NCBI GenBank assembly: GCA_041661765.1
Contig: JBAZTV010000001.1
Location: forward strand, 135,755 to 199,754
Direction: 5' to 3'
Origin: Candidatus Shapirobacteria bacterium
GTDB taxonomy: Bacteria > Patescibacteriota > Microgenomatia > UBA12405
Length of the DNA stretch: 64,000 nucleotides
The notes beneath the pieces were generated by a model. That model was not told where the DNA came from and searched no databases. It saw only the letters and a list, made by a program, of their open reading frames with translations. Positions 8,686-19,020 of the stretch are shown here, in pieces (the stretch's first letter is position 1; every line of letters begins with the position of its first letter). The translations under genes were made by a program, and so were the position numbers.

Positions 8686-10377
8686 AAAAACTCGGCTTAA
8701 AAAAAGTTGTGTCGCTATCCGTCTAAACTCTGGTTCCCAAAAATCACTTTGCCAATCGATCAAATCTGAATGGACTGTGCCTTTTGATTTTTTAGATGGA
8801 TAAAAATAACGATAACCTTTATGCATAAATCTGTTTTGGATTATATCCATCTCCAATTTAAGTAAGAAAACAGTTATAATCGTTTTCTTTTGTTTCCCAA
8901 ATCTTTCCAAATTAAGATATTTTTTTGTTATATCTTGGCTAATCTTTTTAAATTCATTATTGGAGCTAATCCAAATTCCATTCCAAAAAATATGTATTTC
9001 TTTTACTCCAATAATTTTTCCATTTTGTTCTGGATTTTTAAATCCAAATTTTTCATCTTTTTTATCAATCCAATATTCCAAAATTTTTTCCACAGTTTTT
9101 AATGCTGGAATTTTTTGATGAAGTCGTTCTAAAATTTCTTCTCTTCTTTCAAAAGTAGTTTCTGGTCTAAAAAATATTGCCGCGTCTATATCTGCTTCCA
9201 CACCAGCATATCCTTTAACTCTTGATCCAAAAACTAAAAATGTTGGATAAATATATTTCATTAATTCACCATCTTCTTTAATTTTTATTACTGCTTCTCT
9301 AAAAATTTCAAAATCTTTTTTTACCATTTCTTTAGTTTTTATTGCCATCAGTTGATTAAATTCGGGCAATTTTGTTTTAAATTTTTCCAAAACTTCATCA
9401 GAAATAATACCTAAATTTTTCCAATGGCTTAATCCAGATTTAATATCATTTTCAAAAATATTTTTATTTTTAATCCAACAATCATAAACTAAAGGCAAAT
9501 ATTTTTCTATTAAATTAATCTTTTCTCCAGCCTTAAAAATACCCACAATTTCAGCAATCTCATTAATTTCACTAAATTCAATTTCACCATCAATTATTTT
9601 TTGACAAATTACTTCTGATTTTTTTTCAGTTTCTTTTTCTTTTTTAACTTGGTTTTCCCATCTAATTCTCGCTCGGCTAATAATAAAACTTTTATCAATT
9701 TTTGGCTTTTGTAAATCAAATAATTTATCAACCAATTTTTCATCAAAATCAAAATTTACTATTTTTTTATCAGCCGCAACAATCAATCCTTCAGTCAAAT
9801 TTATTTTCAAATTTTCGTCATCACAAACATTAACTATTTTTTTTATTTCCTCGTAATCAATTATCTTTTTTTCTAAAATATCTGACACCAAATGAGCCAC
9901 TTTTCTAACTGGAACTGGTTCTCCCAACCCTGCTTCTAAAATATCACCATCAACAAAATCAGCTCGCCAATCTTCCTCAAACAATAATCTAATCCATGAT
10001 TTTTTATAAACTTCAGAAAATTTTTTCCTTGATTTTCTTAAAATTTCACCATTAATTTCTTTTTCCATATTAGGCAAGAGTTGTGAAGGAAGATAAAGGA
10101 TAATTCGGCTATTATTTTCAACATCTTCTTCAATAAATTTTCCTAATCCATCATAAATATCAATTAAATCTTCATTACCAACCAAATCTTTTTCATACGC
10201 TTCATCAAAATCCATATTTACGTCAGGAATTTTATTAAAAATATTTTTTAACTTTTTATACAAATCCCTTCGATCTTTTCCTTCTTCACTTAAAAAAATA
10301 TCTACACCAATCGGGCCAGATATCTCAATTTCATTAAAATTTAGTCTATCTTTTATCTCTACTGTGGACACTACCAA
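8668..10377 (-). CDS. Nucleotidyltransferase (Pol-beta superfamily) domain protein, 569 aa
   Basis: GSRVKGYAGVEADIDAAIFF = GS..G...D.D NTase motif in C-terminal half; remainder unknown. Confidence 0.55.
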   Translation of the reverse strand: MVVSTVEIKDRLNFNEIEISGPIGVDIFLSEEGKDRRDLYKKLKNIFNKIPDVNMDFDEAYEKDLVGNEDLIDIYDGLGKFIEEDVENNSRIILYLPSQLLPNMEKEINGEILRKSRKKFSEVYKKSWIRLLFEEDWRADFVDGDILEAGLGEPVPVRKVAHLVSDILEKKIIDYEEIKKIVNVCDDENLKINLTEGLIVAADKKIVNFDFDEKLVDKLFDLQKPKIDKSFIISRARIRWENQVKKEKETEKKSEVICQKIIDGEIEFSEINEIAEIVGIFKAGEKINLIEKYLPLVYDCWIKNKNIFENDIKSGLSHWKNLGIISDEVLEKFKTKLPEFNQLMAIKTKEMVKKDFEIFREAVIKIKEDGELMKYIYPTFLVFGSRVKGYAGVEADIDAAIFFRPETTFERREEILERLHQKIPALKTVEKILEYWIDKKDEKFGFKNPEQNGKIIGVKEIHIFWNGIWISSNNEFKKISQDITKKYLNLERFGKQKKTIITVFLLKLEMDIIQNRFMHKGYRYFYPSKKSKGTVHSDLIDWQSDFWEPEFRRIATQLFLSRVFLPEIR

Positions 10378-10842
10378 TTATATCCTATAATTTATAAAAA
10401 ATCAATATTAACCTTAAATACGGGAATTATTTTAAGTAATGAAACAAAATATGAAGAGCATTATGATTGCGATGAGCCTTATATCGCTGAAGAATATCTA
10501 ATTAAACAGCTGGTCGCTCATATAGATGAAATTAAATTAGACGAAGTTTACCTAGCCTCATATTTAAAAGAAGATATTGATAGATTTCATGGATTAAGAT
10601 CAAGAGTTCTTCGTCAAGAATTTATAAGTGGAAACCTAAGAGAAATAGAATATGACGCTTTTAATAAGGTCGACAAAGATATGGTCAAAGAATATTTACT
10701 TTATGTTTTACAAACTGGAACAGCAGAGGAAAGATTAAAAGTTATGTCGGCAATTAAGACAAAGTTTATACTGCACAATAAACAGTTGACTATAAAGTAA
10801 AATAAAATACTATAATTACTGTATTATTTTGTATAAATTTAA

Positions 10843-11979
10843 ATGGACAATTGGAGCGCAAGTAAAACAGATAATCCTCAAGGGGCTGATTTTAGGGAAG
10901 TTTTTATAGATGGAAAGGTAAGTGAATTAGAGTTCACTATTAAACCACAAGGTGATTATTGGAGGGCTGGATTTAAACTATTTGACCCTAATGAAGATAT
11001 TTTTCCATTAAGAAGTAATAATAGTTTTTTATTTCATTTAGGGTCTACTCCCCCTAATAAGGAATACGGACTTACTGCTTATTTAAACGGTGATCACATT
11101 AAGGAATTAAACAAAACAAAGAAATACCCGAACAATAAACTAATTAATATCAAACTCGAAATTAACCACAATAATTTTTTAAAGATATATATTAATGGGT
11201 CACTTGAATTTAAACCGAACTGGCATTTTAAAAATCCAAATGTTAGAGAAAAAATTATTCTTATTGCGTGGGGAGATGAATTTAATTATCATGTTTATTT
11301 CAAAAATATCGCCATGGCAAACTGGAAAGACATTAAGAAAAAAGAACAAACAGGGAATGAAAGCGACAAGACACCTGCCACTCTTAAGGTGACTGGTAAT
11401 AAAAACGTTTTTTTAAACAGTCAAGTAAACGGTTCGGCTTTTATCAGCGGTAAAGAAAATGCATTTATAAAAACTAATATTAACTCAACAAAGATAAATT
11501 TAATAAAAAAGACTAAATGGTATAAGAATCCAAAGATAATAGTACCAGCAATCGTTGGAATTTTTACCGCTCCATGGTGGCCTTCAATTTTTTCAGGACC
11601 AAGCGAATATCCCAATAGTAGTATTGGACAAACTAATACACCAACAATTGTTGAAAAACTTATACCACTATCTATGCAAATCCCACAAAAAATAGCTGAC
11701 TCTAATAATGTAATTTTTGTGGATGAAAGTAAATCTTTTACTGATTCATCTTCTGGTTTAATTGTTGGTATTAATCGAGTTCTTTCGCATACCGATTCAG
11801 ATTTAACTATAACTTTTCCAGGAAAACCTTCAGAAGAGATGAAAGATATAAAAAGCGGTAAGAGTTTTCTTTATAAAGGAAAAGATAATTTAGAATATGC
11901 ATTAATTATTGTGGAAATTGCATCTGACAGTGTAGGTATAAAGATTAATTTAAACTCAGAACAGAACCAATTTAGGTAG
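10843..11979 (+). CDS. Hypothetical protein (378 aa), possible ConA-like/LamG jelly-roll N-terminal domain
   Basis: ORF track; beta-rich N-term GDYWRAGFKLF...FLFHLGS...IYINGSLEF; weak. Confidence 0.4.
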   Translation: MDNWSASKTDNPQGADFREVFIDGKVSELEFTIKPQGDYWRAGFKLFDPNEDIFPLRSNNSFLFHLGSTPPNKEYGLTAYLNGDHIKELNKTKKYPNNKLINIKLEINHNNFLKIYINGSLEFKPNWHFKNPNVREKIILIAWGDEFNYHVYFKNIAMANWKDIKKKEQTGNESDKTPATLKVTGNKNVFLNSQVNGSAFISGKENAFIKTNINSTKINLIKKTKWYKNPKIIVPAIVGIFTAPWWPSIFSGPSEYPNSSIGQTNTPTIVEKLIPLSMQIPQKIADSNNVIFVDESKSFTDSSSGLIVGINRVLSHTDSDLTITFPGKPSEEMKDIKSGKSFLYKGKDNLEYALIIVEIASDSVGIKINLNSEQNQFR

Positions 11980-12116
11980 TTAAAACACCTTTTTTGAAAT
12001 TTTTTTAACCATTACAGGCTATTTTAGCGATAAATGTTGAAAATTGAGAATATTTGACAACAGGTTAGGGGCTATTTGATATAACGATAGGGTCGCACAG
12101 AACACCAAACGTTCGG

Positions 12117-12199
12117 CGGAAGGGATGGGAGTCGAACCCACATGCCATTTCTGACGCAGGTTTAGCAAACCTGTGGCTTACCATTCGCCGCACCCTTCC
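12117..12199 (-). tRNA. tRNA-Ser (anticodon GCU), type II with long variable arm
   Basis: Reverse complement folds as GGAAGGG acceptor, anticodon stem CAGGU/ACCUG with loop UUGCUAA, long variable arm, T-arm GGGUUCGACUCCC. Confidence 0.8.
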
Positions 12200-12254
12200 T
12201 GGGGATAGTGTTTTAGTATATCAAATTTTTCCCAAATGCTTTAAAATTAAAACA

Positions 12255-12794
12255 ATGAAGAAAAAAGCAGTAAGTAGGGTTGATAGGGTTATAAAAGACA
12301 CTAATGAAGAGAAAACTTTAATTGAATGGGAAGCGGCCGAGAGGGCATTTAAGAAAAGAGACAAAGATTTTTGGATCACTGTCGTTTCAATTTTAATTTT
12401 ATTTTCAGTTGTTTTATTTTTTATCGAAGAATTTTTTCTAATTGTCGCTCTCGTTTCAGTTTTATTTTTATATTATGTTCTCTCCACTGTTCCTCCCCAA
12501 GTCGTTAAATATAAAATAACCAATAGAGCCGTCCATTTTGGTGATTCAAAATACAGTTGGGATATTTTATTAAGATTTTGGTTCAGAAAAAGTCTCAATA
12601 CTGAGCTTTTAGAATTTGAAACCAATTTAAGAATTCCTCGACAAATTTCTTTAGTCATCAAAGAATCAGATAAAGAAGAAATTAAAAAAATTGTTTTAAA
12701 GAAATTACCTTTAGTTGAATCATCACCAAATTTTGTTGATAAATTAGCCAAATGGTGGAACGATAAAATGCCTTGGGAAAAACGGGAAAAATAG
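12255..12794 (+). CDS. Hypothetical membrane protein (2 TM), 179 aa
   Basis: ORF track; two adjacent hydrophobic helices. Confidence 0.45.
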   Translation: MKKKAVSRVDRVIKDTNEEKTLIEWEAAERAFKKRDKDFWITVVSILILFSVVLFFIEEFFLIVALVSVLFLYYVLSTVPPQVVKYKITNRAVHFGDSKYSWDILLRFWFRKSLNTELLEFETNLRIPRQISLVIKESDKEEIKKIVLKKLPLVESSPNFVDKLAKWWNDKMPWEKREK

Positions 12795-12826
12795 ACTTTA
12801 TTTGGTATAATTCATATGATTTATTC

Positions 12827-12898
12827 GCGCCCATAGTTTAATGGATAGAATGACGGTTTGCGAAACCGTTGATCCAGGTTCGATTCCTGGTAGGCGCA
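12827..12898 (+). tRNA. tRNA with anticodon GCG (Arg by anticodon)
   Basis: GCGCCCA acceptor, anticodon stem ACGGU/ACCGU loop UUGCGAA, T-arm CCAGGUUCGAUUCCUGG; one acceptor mismatch; overlapping track ORF 12841..13023 is spurious. Confidence 0.65.
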
Positions 12899-12905
12899 CC
12901 GAAAT

Positions 12906-12987
12906 GGAGGGTTGGCCGAGTGGTTTATGGCGCACGCCTCGAAAGCGTGTGGGGAAACCCGCAGAGGTTCAAATCCTCTACCCTCCG
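12906..12987 (+). tRNA. tRNA-Ser (anticodon CGA), type II
   Basis: GGAGGGU acceptor, anticodon stem CACGC/GCGUG loop CUCGAAA, long variable arm, T-arm AGAGGUUCAAAUCCUCU, 3' ACCCUCC-G. Confidence 0.75.
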
Positions 12988-13040
12988 CAATCTTTCGCTA
13001 AAGCTTCAGAATTACATGCCTAATCTGATAATATTGTAAT

Positions 13041-13349
13041 ATGTATTACACTTACATATTACATAGTTCAAAATCTCATATTTTCTATTTCGGATCCACG
13101 ATTGATTTAAAAAATAGGTTTACTCTTCACAACACTGGACAAGTAAAATCTACTAAACCACACCTACCTTGGAAATTAGCTTGGTATTGTGGATTTGAAA
13201 CAGAAAAACAAGCCAGAGATTTTGAAATATATTTAAAGACTGGATCTGGAAAAGCTTTTGCATATAAAAGATTTGTTTCTGAAGCTTTAATGAAAGATTT
13301 TGAGAATGGTCGAGTTCCCCATGGTCTTACGAAACCGAAGGTGAAGTAG
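13041..13349 (+). CDS. GIY-YIG domain endonuclease (small, stand-alone)
   Basis: 102 aa; YYTYILHS...IFYFGSTIDLKNRFTLHN = GIY-YIG motif with Arg and His/Asn; followed by duplicated tRNA-Ser 3' end. Confidence 0.7.
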   Translation: MYYTYILHSSKSHIFYFGSTIDLKNRFTLHNTGQVKSTKPHLPWKLAWYCGFETEKQARDFEIYLKTGSGKAFAYKRFVSEALMKDFENGRVPHGLTKPKVK

Positions 13350-13471
13350 ACCTCTACCCTCCGCCTTCGCTCGCCATAGCTCACTTCGGCGGACAAAGTT
13401 CGCCATTTTCTGCGAAGGCGAGAATGTATTAAAACTCTCTCTAACTTTCCTTATGATGATACAATCATAGG

Positions 13472-14923
13472 ATGATTTCGGCAAAAAACATATTTTATTC
13501 CTACGGCAAAGAGAACATTTTTGAAGGTGCCAACTTTTATGTTGCCAAAAATAGCAAAGTTGGTGTCGTTGGGGCCAATGGTTCTGGTAAGTCCACTCTT
13601 TTTAATTTAATTACCGGTGAAGATCGTATTGATGATGGCAACCTTGACATCGTCGGCGATGTCATGTCTGTTCCTCAAGAAGTCAAACACGATGCCACCA
13701 TGGAAAAAGCTGAATCAATTCGCGATTATTTAGATCCTTATTGGCAAAAACAAGATTACGAACTTTTAAAAATGCTTTCTAAATTAGAATTATCTCGTTT
13801 ATCTCTTGAGGGTAAACCTCAAGTTTTAAGTGGTGGCCAAAAAACCAAATTAGCCATTGCCAGGGCTTTAATTTTTGAGCCAGACATTTTACTTTTAGAC
13901 GAACCCACTAACTTTTTAGACGTCGAAGGTAAACTTTGGATGATGAACTTTTTAGGTCGTTATTCCAAAACTCTAATTATTATTTCCCATGATCTAAAAT
14001 TACTCGACAAAAACATCGATAAAATTATCGAAGTTGATAAACGAACCAAACAAATCACTGAATATAACGGTAATTACAGTAATTATGTTAATTTAAAAGG
14101 TGAGAGAGAAACCCTTTTGATTAATCAAATTCATGTTCAAGAACGAAAGATTATAGATATGAAAAAAGGCTTAGTCAGAATTTCTGGCAATCGATCTGAA
14201 AAAGGTGTTCGTCAAAAACTTAATTTGCAAAAAAGAATTGAGAAATTAGTAGTCGCTCTTCCAGAAATGCCACCAAGTGTTAAAAAAATTAACATGCAAT
14301 TACCCGAGCCAGCTTGGGTTGGCGAAGTTCCATTTATAGTCAAAAATATATGTAAGTCTTATGGTGAAAAAAAAGTTTTAACTGATATAAATTTTGATAT
14401 TAAAAGAGGTGAGAGAATTGCTCTCATGGGTCAAAATGGTGCTGGTAAAAGCACTTTAATTAAAATTTTAATGGGCATGTTAATCCAAGATTCCGGTGAA
14501 ATTATCAAAGATGAAAAATTAAAAATTGGTTATTACTCCCAAGAATTTGAAACTTTTGACATGGAGAAAAATCTTTTAGAAACAGTCAAAGATAAATGTG
14601 AAATGACGGAAGCTCAACTTCGTTGTTTATTAGGCCGATTTTTATTCCCCGGTCAAAAAGTTTTTCAAAAAATATCTACCCTTTCTGGTGGTGAAAAAAC
14701 CCGTCTTTCTATTGCCACTCTTCTAGCCAAAAATTACAACCTTTTAATTCTCGACGAACCAACCACTTACCTCGACGTTCTTTCACAAAGACTAATTTTA
14801 GAAGCCCTAAAATTTTATCAAGGCGCCATGATTATCGTCAGTCACACCCCCGAATTTATCGCCGAATTAAAACCCAGTCGCAAATTTCTTCTCCCAGAAA
14901 ATAAAATGGAATTATGTCAATAA
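13472..14923 (+). CDS. ABC-F family ATPase (tandem ABC domains, no TM; EttA/Uup-like translation factor)
   Basis: Two Walker A (GANGSGKST, GQNGAGKST), two LSGG signatures, two Walker B/D-loops. Confidence 0.85.
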   Translation: MISAKNIFYSYGKENIFEGANFYVAKNSKVGVVGANGSGKSTLFNLITGEDRIDDGNLDIVGDVMSVPQEVKHDATMEKAESIRDYLDPYWQKQDYELLKMLSKLELSRLSLEGKPQVLSGGQKTKLAIARALIFEPDILLLDEPTNFLDVEGKLWMMNFLGRYSKTLIIISHDLKLLDKNIDKIIEVDKRTKQITEYNGNYSNYVNLKGERETLLINQIHVQERKIIDMKKGLVRISGNRSEKGVRQKLNLQKRIEKLVVALPEMPPSVKKINMQLPEPAWVGEVPFIVKNICKSYGEKKVLTDINFDIKRGERIALMGQNGAGKSTLIKILMGMLIQDSGEIIKDEKLKIGYYSQEFETFDMEKNLLETVKDKCEMTEAQLRCLLGRFLFPGQKVFQKISTLSGGEKTRLSIATLLAKNYNLLILDEPTTYLDVLSQRLILEALKFYQGAMIIVSHTPEFIAELKPSRKFLLPENKMELCQ

Positions 14924-14961
14924 AAATTATATAAATATAAATATATAGTCTTCTTAAAAAT

Positions 14962-15231
14962 ATGGATAATATAAATCAAATAACCAAAGAAATTGAAAAA
15001 ATAAAAATTAGAAACTCAAAAGTTGAAGCTGACAAAGCTTGGGAAACAAGTTTTTCTCGAAAACTTTTAATTACTATTTCAACTTATTTTGTCGTTGTTT
15101 TATTTTTCAAATTTGCCAGTTTACCAAAACCATTTATTAACGCCATTGTTCCAACTTTAGGTTTTTTATTATCCACCCTTTCCATTCCTTTTTTTAAAAA
15201 AATCTGGATAAAAAATATCTATAAAAAATAA
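14962..15231 (+). CDS. Hypothetical small membrane protein
   Basis: ORF track only. Confidence 0.3.
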   Translation: MDNINQITKEIEKIKIRNSKVEADKAWETSFSRKLLITISTYFVVVLFFKFASLPKPFINAIVPTLGFLLSTLSIPFFKKIWIKNIYKK

Positions 15232-15256
15232 TTTATCGTAATAAATATTACTTTGA

Positions 15257-16051
15257 GTGCTAAACTCAAATATGATTTCTAACGTTAATAAAAAATATTT
15301 TATTTTTATAGACGAGTCTGGAACTTCAGATGTTAAATCTTTTAAAATTCAGCCATTTTTTACTGTTGTCGGTCTAATGATTGGAGAAAATAATAGAGAA
15401 AAAATGAAAATTGATTTTGAAGATTTAAAATTAAAACATTTTGGATCAAAAAATTATGTTATACATAATACTGAAATACGCAGAGATTTAAAAACAGATA
15501 TAAAAATTAAAAACTTTTCCTTAGATTTAGAAAAATTTTTAAATAAATATAACTTTTTTATTTTAAGTACTAACGTTGATAAAGAAAAAGCTTTCCGACT
15601 CGGATGGAGCAAAAATACTGTTTTAAACAGATCATATCGTTCGCTTTTTTCTAATTTATTAAAATTTCTTATTGCTAAAAATCTAAAAGGACAAGTTGTT
15701 AGTGAAGCCAGTAATTCAGAACAAGATATTATTATTTATCAAAATGTTTTCCATTATTTAGTCAATGGTATTAGTAATCTAAATATCACGCCTCAAGAAT
15801 CTAAAAAACATTTAACTTCAATTAGTTTTGTTACCAAGTTTAATAATGATCCAGAAGAACAAATAGCTGATTTATATGGAGTTTGTCCCAGACTTAAAGA
15901 AGAAATTAACAACAAAGATATAAAAAATTTAAATCCGATTCAAAAAGTATTATTGGCTAGTTTTGAAAAGAAATTATTTATTGGATTCGCTAAGAAAAAA
16001 GATAAAGTAAGACTTTATAAAGAAATAAAGTCTACTGTTAAATTACCCTAA
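15257..16051 (+). CDS. DUF3800 family protein
   Basis: N-terminal YFIFIDESG motif characteristic of DUF3800; possible start at ATG 15272. Confidence 0.6.
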   Translation: MLNSNMISNVNKKYFIFIDESGTSDVKSFKIQPFFTVVGLMIGENNREKMKIDFEDLKLKHFGSKNYVIHNTEIRRDLKTDIKIKNFSLDLEKFLNKYNFFILSTNVDKEKAFRLGWSKNTVLNRSYRSLFSNLLKFLIAKNLKGQVVSEASNSEQDIIIYQNVFHYLVNGISNLNITPQESKKHLTSISFVTKFNNDPEEQIADLYGVCPRLKEEINNKDIKNLNPIQKVLLASFEKKLFIGFAKKKDKVRLYKEIKSTVKLP

Positions 16052-16148
16052 AAACTATAAAAACCGGCTAGCGGACGTTGGTCACACTTACCGGCTTTCT
16101 TGGAAGTATTGTAACATATCTAATTAAAAAATATTTATCAAATTAATT

Positions 16149-16799
16149 TTACTTCATCGCCGTCTTTTTATACTCATATCTCCCATAAATTCTCACCTCT
16201 GTCCCAACTTCAGCCCAATTAAAAATTTCAGCTGCATCAGCCGTTCTCATATTGATACAACCGTGGCTCATTGGCACTCCAAAATTATCATGCCAATATG
16301 TACCATGTAAACTAAATCCTACCTTTTTGGCGTATACATTATTATAAAAAAACATAATATATGGAACATTCGGTAAATAATAATAATCTTTTGTTAATTT
16401 AGACCCGCCCTCCATTTTTTGTGATCTAATTTTAGTCCATATTTTAAAAACTCCAGTCGGAGTTCTTCCCCATTTTCCCGACGAAATAATATATGTTTTA
16501 AGCCTTTGACCATTTTCATAGGTATAAACTTTCTGAGAAGTTAAGTCCACATCAATATATTTATTTGAATTATTTGTCATAGCCACCATATCTCCTAAAA
16601 CTCGTTGTTGATCTTGTGGTACCACCACTTCTTTATTATTAAATATTCCCACTCGTGCAAGAGGGTCATAATATTCAGATATAGTATTCGGGTTAATTTC
16701 CTTTTGAAAAGAAATATATTGTGGCCACCATGGCTGACTTATAATCACCAATCCAAAAAAACCAGCCAAAAAAAGTAACAAAAATAACAGTTTATTCAT
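16149..16799 (-). CDS. L,D-transpeptidase (YkuD fold)
   Basis: SLHGTYWHDNFGVPMSHGCINM catalytic His/Cys motif; N-terminal signal/anchor. Confidence 0.85.
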   Translation of the reverse strand: MNKLLFLLLFLAGFFGLVIISQPWWPQYISFQKEINPNTISEYYDPLARVGIFNNKEVVVPQDQQRVLGDMVAMTNNSNKYIDVDLTSQKVYTYENGQRLKTYIISSGKWGRTPTGVFKIWTKIRSQKMEGGSKLTKDYYYLPNVPYIMFFYNNVYAKKVGFSLHGTYWHDNFGVPMSHGCINMRTADAAEIFNWAEVGTEVRIYGRYEYKKTAMK

Positions 16800-16802
16800 T
16801 AT

Positions 16803-18998
16803 TTAATAATAAACCTTTTTATCCAATTTTTTAGTCCTTAATCTTAATGAATTTCCCACCACCGACACACTGCTTAAAGACATTGCTAGTCCGGCAAAAA
16901 CTGGATTTAGTGTAATTTTCCAAACGGGGTACAATAATCCTGAAGCAATCGGAATTCCAACCACGTTATAAATAAATGCCCAAAACAAATTTTGTCTAAT
17001 AGTTCGCATCGTAGCTCGAGACAATTCAATTGTTTGAGAAATTTTTTGAATATCACCATGCAAGATAGTAATCCCTGCTGATTCAATAGCAATATCTGTT
17101 CCTGTCGCCATTGCAATTCCTACATCAGCTTGTACTAAAGCCGGAGCATCATTAATTCCATCTCCAGCCATTGCCACCTTTTTACCTAAACCCTGCATTT
17201 CTTTAATTTTTAAAGCTTTTTCTTGTGGCAAAACCCCAGCCACGACTTCATCTATTCCTACCATTTTACCTATAAATTCAGCCGATTTTTGATTATCTCC
17301 AGTCATCATTACCACCTTAATTCCTTGTCGATGAATTCTTTTTATTGCTTCCACCGCCTCATCCTTAATCGTGTCGCTCATCGCAATTTTACCAACCATC
17401 TTTTTATTAATTTCAATTACAACCACTGTTTTACCTTGATTAATCAATTCATCTGTTCCGTCCAATTTATGAATTAAAATATTTTTTTTATCAACAATAC
17501 CACTAACCCCAACTCCTTCTTGAGACACAAAATTCTTACAAGGCCACAACTTTATTTTTTCCAATTCTGCTTTAGCCACAATTGTTTGTGCCAACGGATG
17601 TTCCGATAATTTCTCCACACTAGCCGCATATTTTAAAATTTCTTTTTCGTCAAAATTTTCCGACAGAGAAATAATATCTGTCACTTGCGGTTGACCTTTA
17701 GTGATTGTTCCAGTTTTATCCATTATTAACACATCAATTTGCGATAATTTTTCCAAACTTTCGGCATTTTTTATTAATATCCCCATTTCCGCTCCTTTTC
17801 CCACCCCCACAATCACTGCTGTTGGCGTGGCCAAACCAAGTGCGCATGGGCAAGCGATTACCAACACTCCCACAAAAGATAATAACGCCAAACTAGGTAC
17901 CCCAGCTATTAACCAAACAATAAAAGATAAAACTGCAATTATCAAAACAATCGGCACAAAAACGCCAGATATTTTATCAGCCAAAGCCTGAATTGGGGCT
18001 TTGGAGCCTTGAGCCTCTTCCACTATTTTTATAATTTGAGACAGTAAAGTTTCATTACCAATTTTTGTTGCTTTAAATTGAAAACTACCTTGTTTATTAA
18101 TTGTTGCTCCAACCACTTGATCACCAATTTTTTTATCCACCGGCAGTGGTTCACCACTAATCATTGATTCATCAATTGAACTAAACCCCTTAGTAATAAT
18201 TCCATCAACTGGAATTTTAACTCCTGGTTTGATAATAATTAGATCACCGATTTGTACCTCAGACAGGGGAATTTCTATTTCTTTTTTATTGCGTAAAACC
18301 AGTGCTGTTTTAGCCTGCAATCCCAAAAGTTTTTTAATCGTTTCACCAGTTTTTTGCTTAGAGACCATTTCTAAATGTTTTCCAAAAGTTACAAAACCAA
18401 TCACTACAATTGTCACATCGAAATAATTTTCCGCTGGCAAATTTAAATAATTTTTAACCTGTGGAAAAAGTATAATAATTGCACTGTAAACATAAGCCGT
18501 GAAAGTACCTATTCCCACTAATGTATCCATATCCGCCGCCCCAAATTTAACAAATCTTAAAATTCCCTGCCAATAAGGTTTACCAATTGCCACTATAACT
18601 ATGGTTGCCAAAATCAAAAAAATAATATTTAAAACATCCATTGAAATTGGAAAATTTGGAATAAAAGAAAACGATTTAGATCCAAGATTCCACAGCATAA
18701 TTACAAAAGCCAAAATTGAGATTGGCAGGATATATTTAATTCTCTGGTGCGATTTATCATCCATCATATGATGGTGTTCATTATCCGGCATATCAAAGTT
18801 GTAGCCTAGCTTAGAAATAGGTTGATTCATCAATTGATGATTGGTTACATCGTCATGGTAGGAAATTTTAGCCGTTTCCGTGGCAAAATTAACATCAACT
18901 GAATTAACCCCCTCAACCTTAGAGACCCTATTCTTAATAATATTGGCACAGCTGGCACAATGCATCCCCTTAATTTTTAAAGTTTCCGTTTTAATCAT
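16803..18998 (-). CDS. copA: Copper-translocating P1B-type ATPase
   Basis: N-terminal [14 protein letters not shown] in TM6, [17 protein letters not shown]. Confidence 0.9.
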   Translation of the reverse strand: MIKTETLKIKGMHCASCANIIKNRVSKVEGVNSVDVNFATETAKISYHDDVTNHQLMNQPISKLGYNFDMPDNEHHHMMDDKSHQRIKYILPISILAFVIMLWNLGSKSFSFIPNFPISMDVLNIIFLILATIVIVAIGKPYWQGILRFVKFGAADMDTLVGIGTFTAYVYSAIIILFPQVKNYLNLPAENYFDVTIVVIGFVTFGKHLEMVSKQKTGETIKKLLGLQAKTALVLRNKKEIEIPLSEVQIGDLIIIKPGVKIPVDGIITKGFSSIDESMISGEPLPVDKKIGDQVVGATINKQGSFQFKATKIGNETLLSQIIKIVEEAQGSKAPIQALADKISGVFVPIVLIIAVLSFIVWLIAGVPSLALLSFVGVLVIACPCALGLATPTAVIVGVGKGAEMGILIKNAESLEKLSQIDVLIMDKTGTITKGQPQVTDIISLSENFDEKEILKYAASVEKLSEHPLAQTIVAKAELEKIKLWPCKNFVSQEGVGVSGIVDKKNILIHKLDGTDELINQGKTVVVIEINKKMVGKIAMSDTIKDEAVEAIKRIHRQGIKVVMMTGDNQKSAEFIGKMVGIDEVVAGVLPQEKALKIKEMQGLGKKVAMAGDGINDAPALVQADVGIAMATGTDIAIESAGITILHGDIQKISQTIELSRATMRTIRQNLFWAFIYNVVGIPIASGLLYPVWKITLNPVFAGLAMSLSSVSVVGNSLRLRTKKLDKKVYY

Positions 18999-19020
18999 AT
19001 GTTAGATTATATACAAATAA

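Noticed and set aside
2431-12022. Exact 16-nt repeat TAACCATTACAGGCT at 2431 and 12007
   Set aside because: A single 16-mer match in a 64-kb AT-rich sequence is close to chance expectation, and it has no consistent position relative to neighbouring genes.
12841-13023. Track ORF of 60 aa (MDRMTVCETVDPG...)
   Set aside because: Lies entirely within two tandem tRNA genes (12827-12898 and 12906-12987); spurious translation of tRNA sequence.
16052-16148. ACCGGCT direct 7-mer repeat between convergent DUF3800 and L,D-transpeptidase genes
   Set aside because: Short repeat with no convincing stem-loop or T-tract; probably ordinary intergenic sequence.
16907-18426. Several 60-100 aa track ORFs inside copA on either strand
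   Set aside because: Embedded in a high-confidence 731-aa P-type ATPase gene; no independent support.
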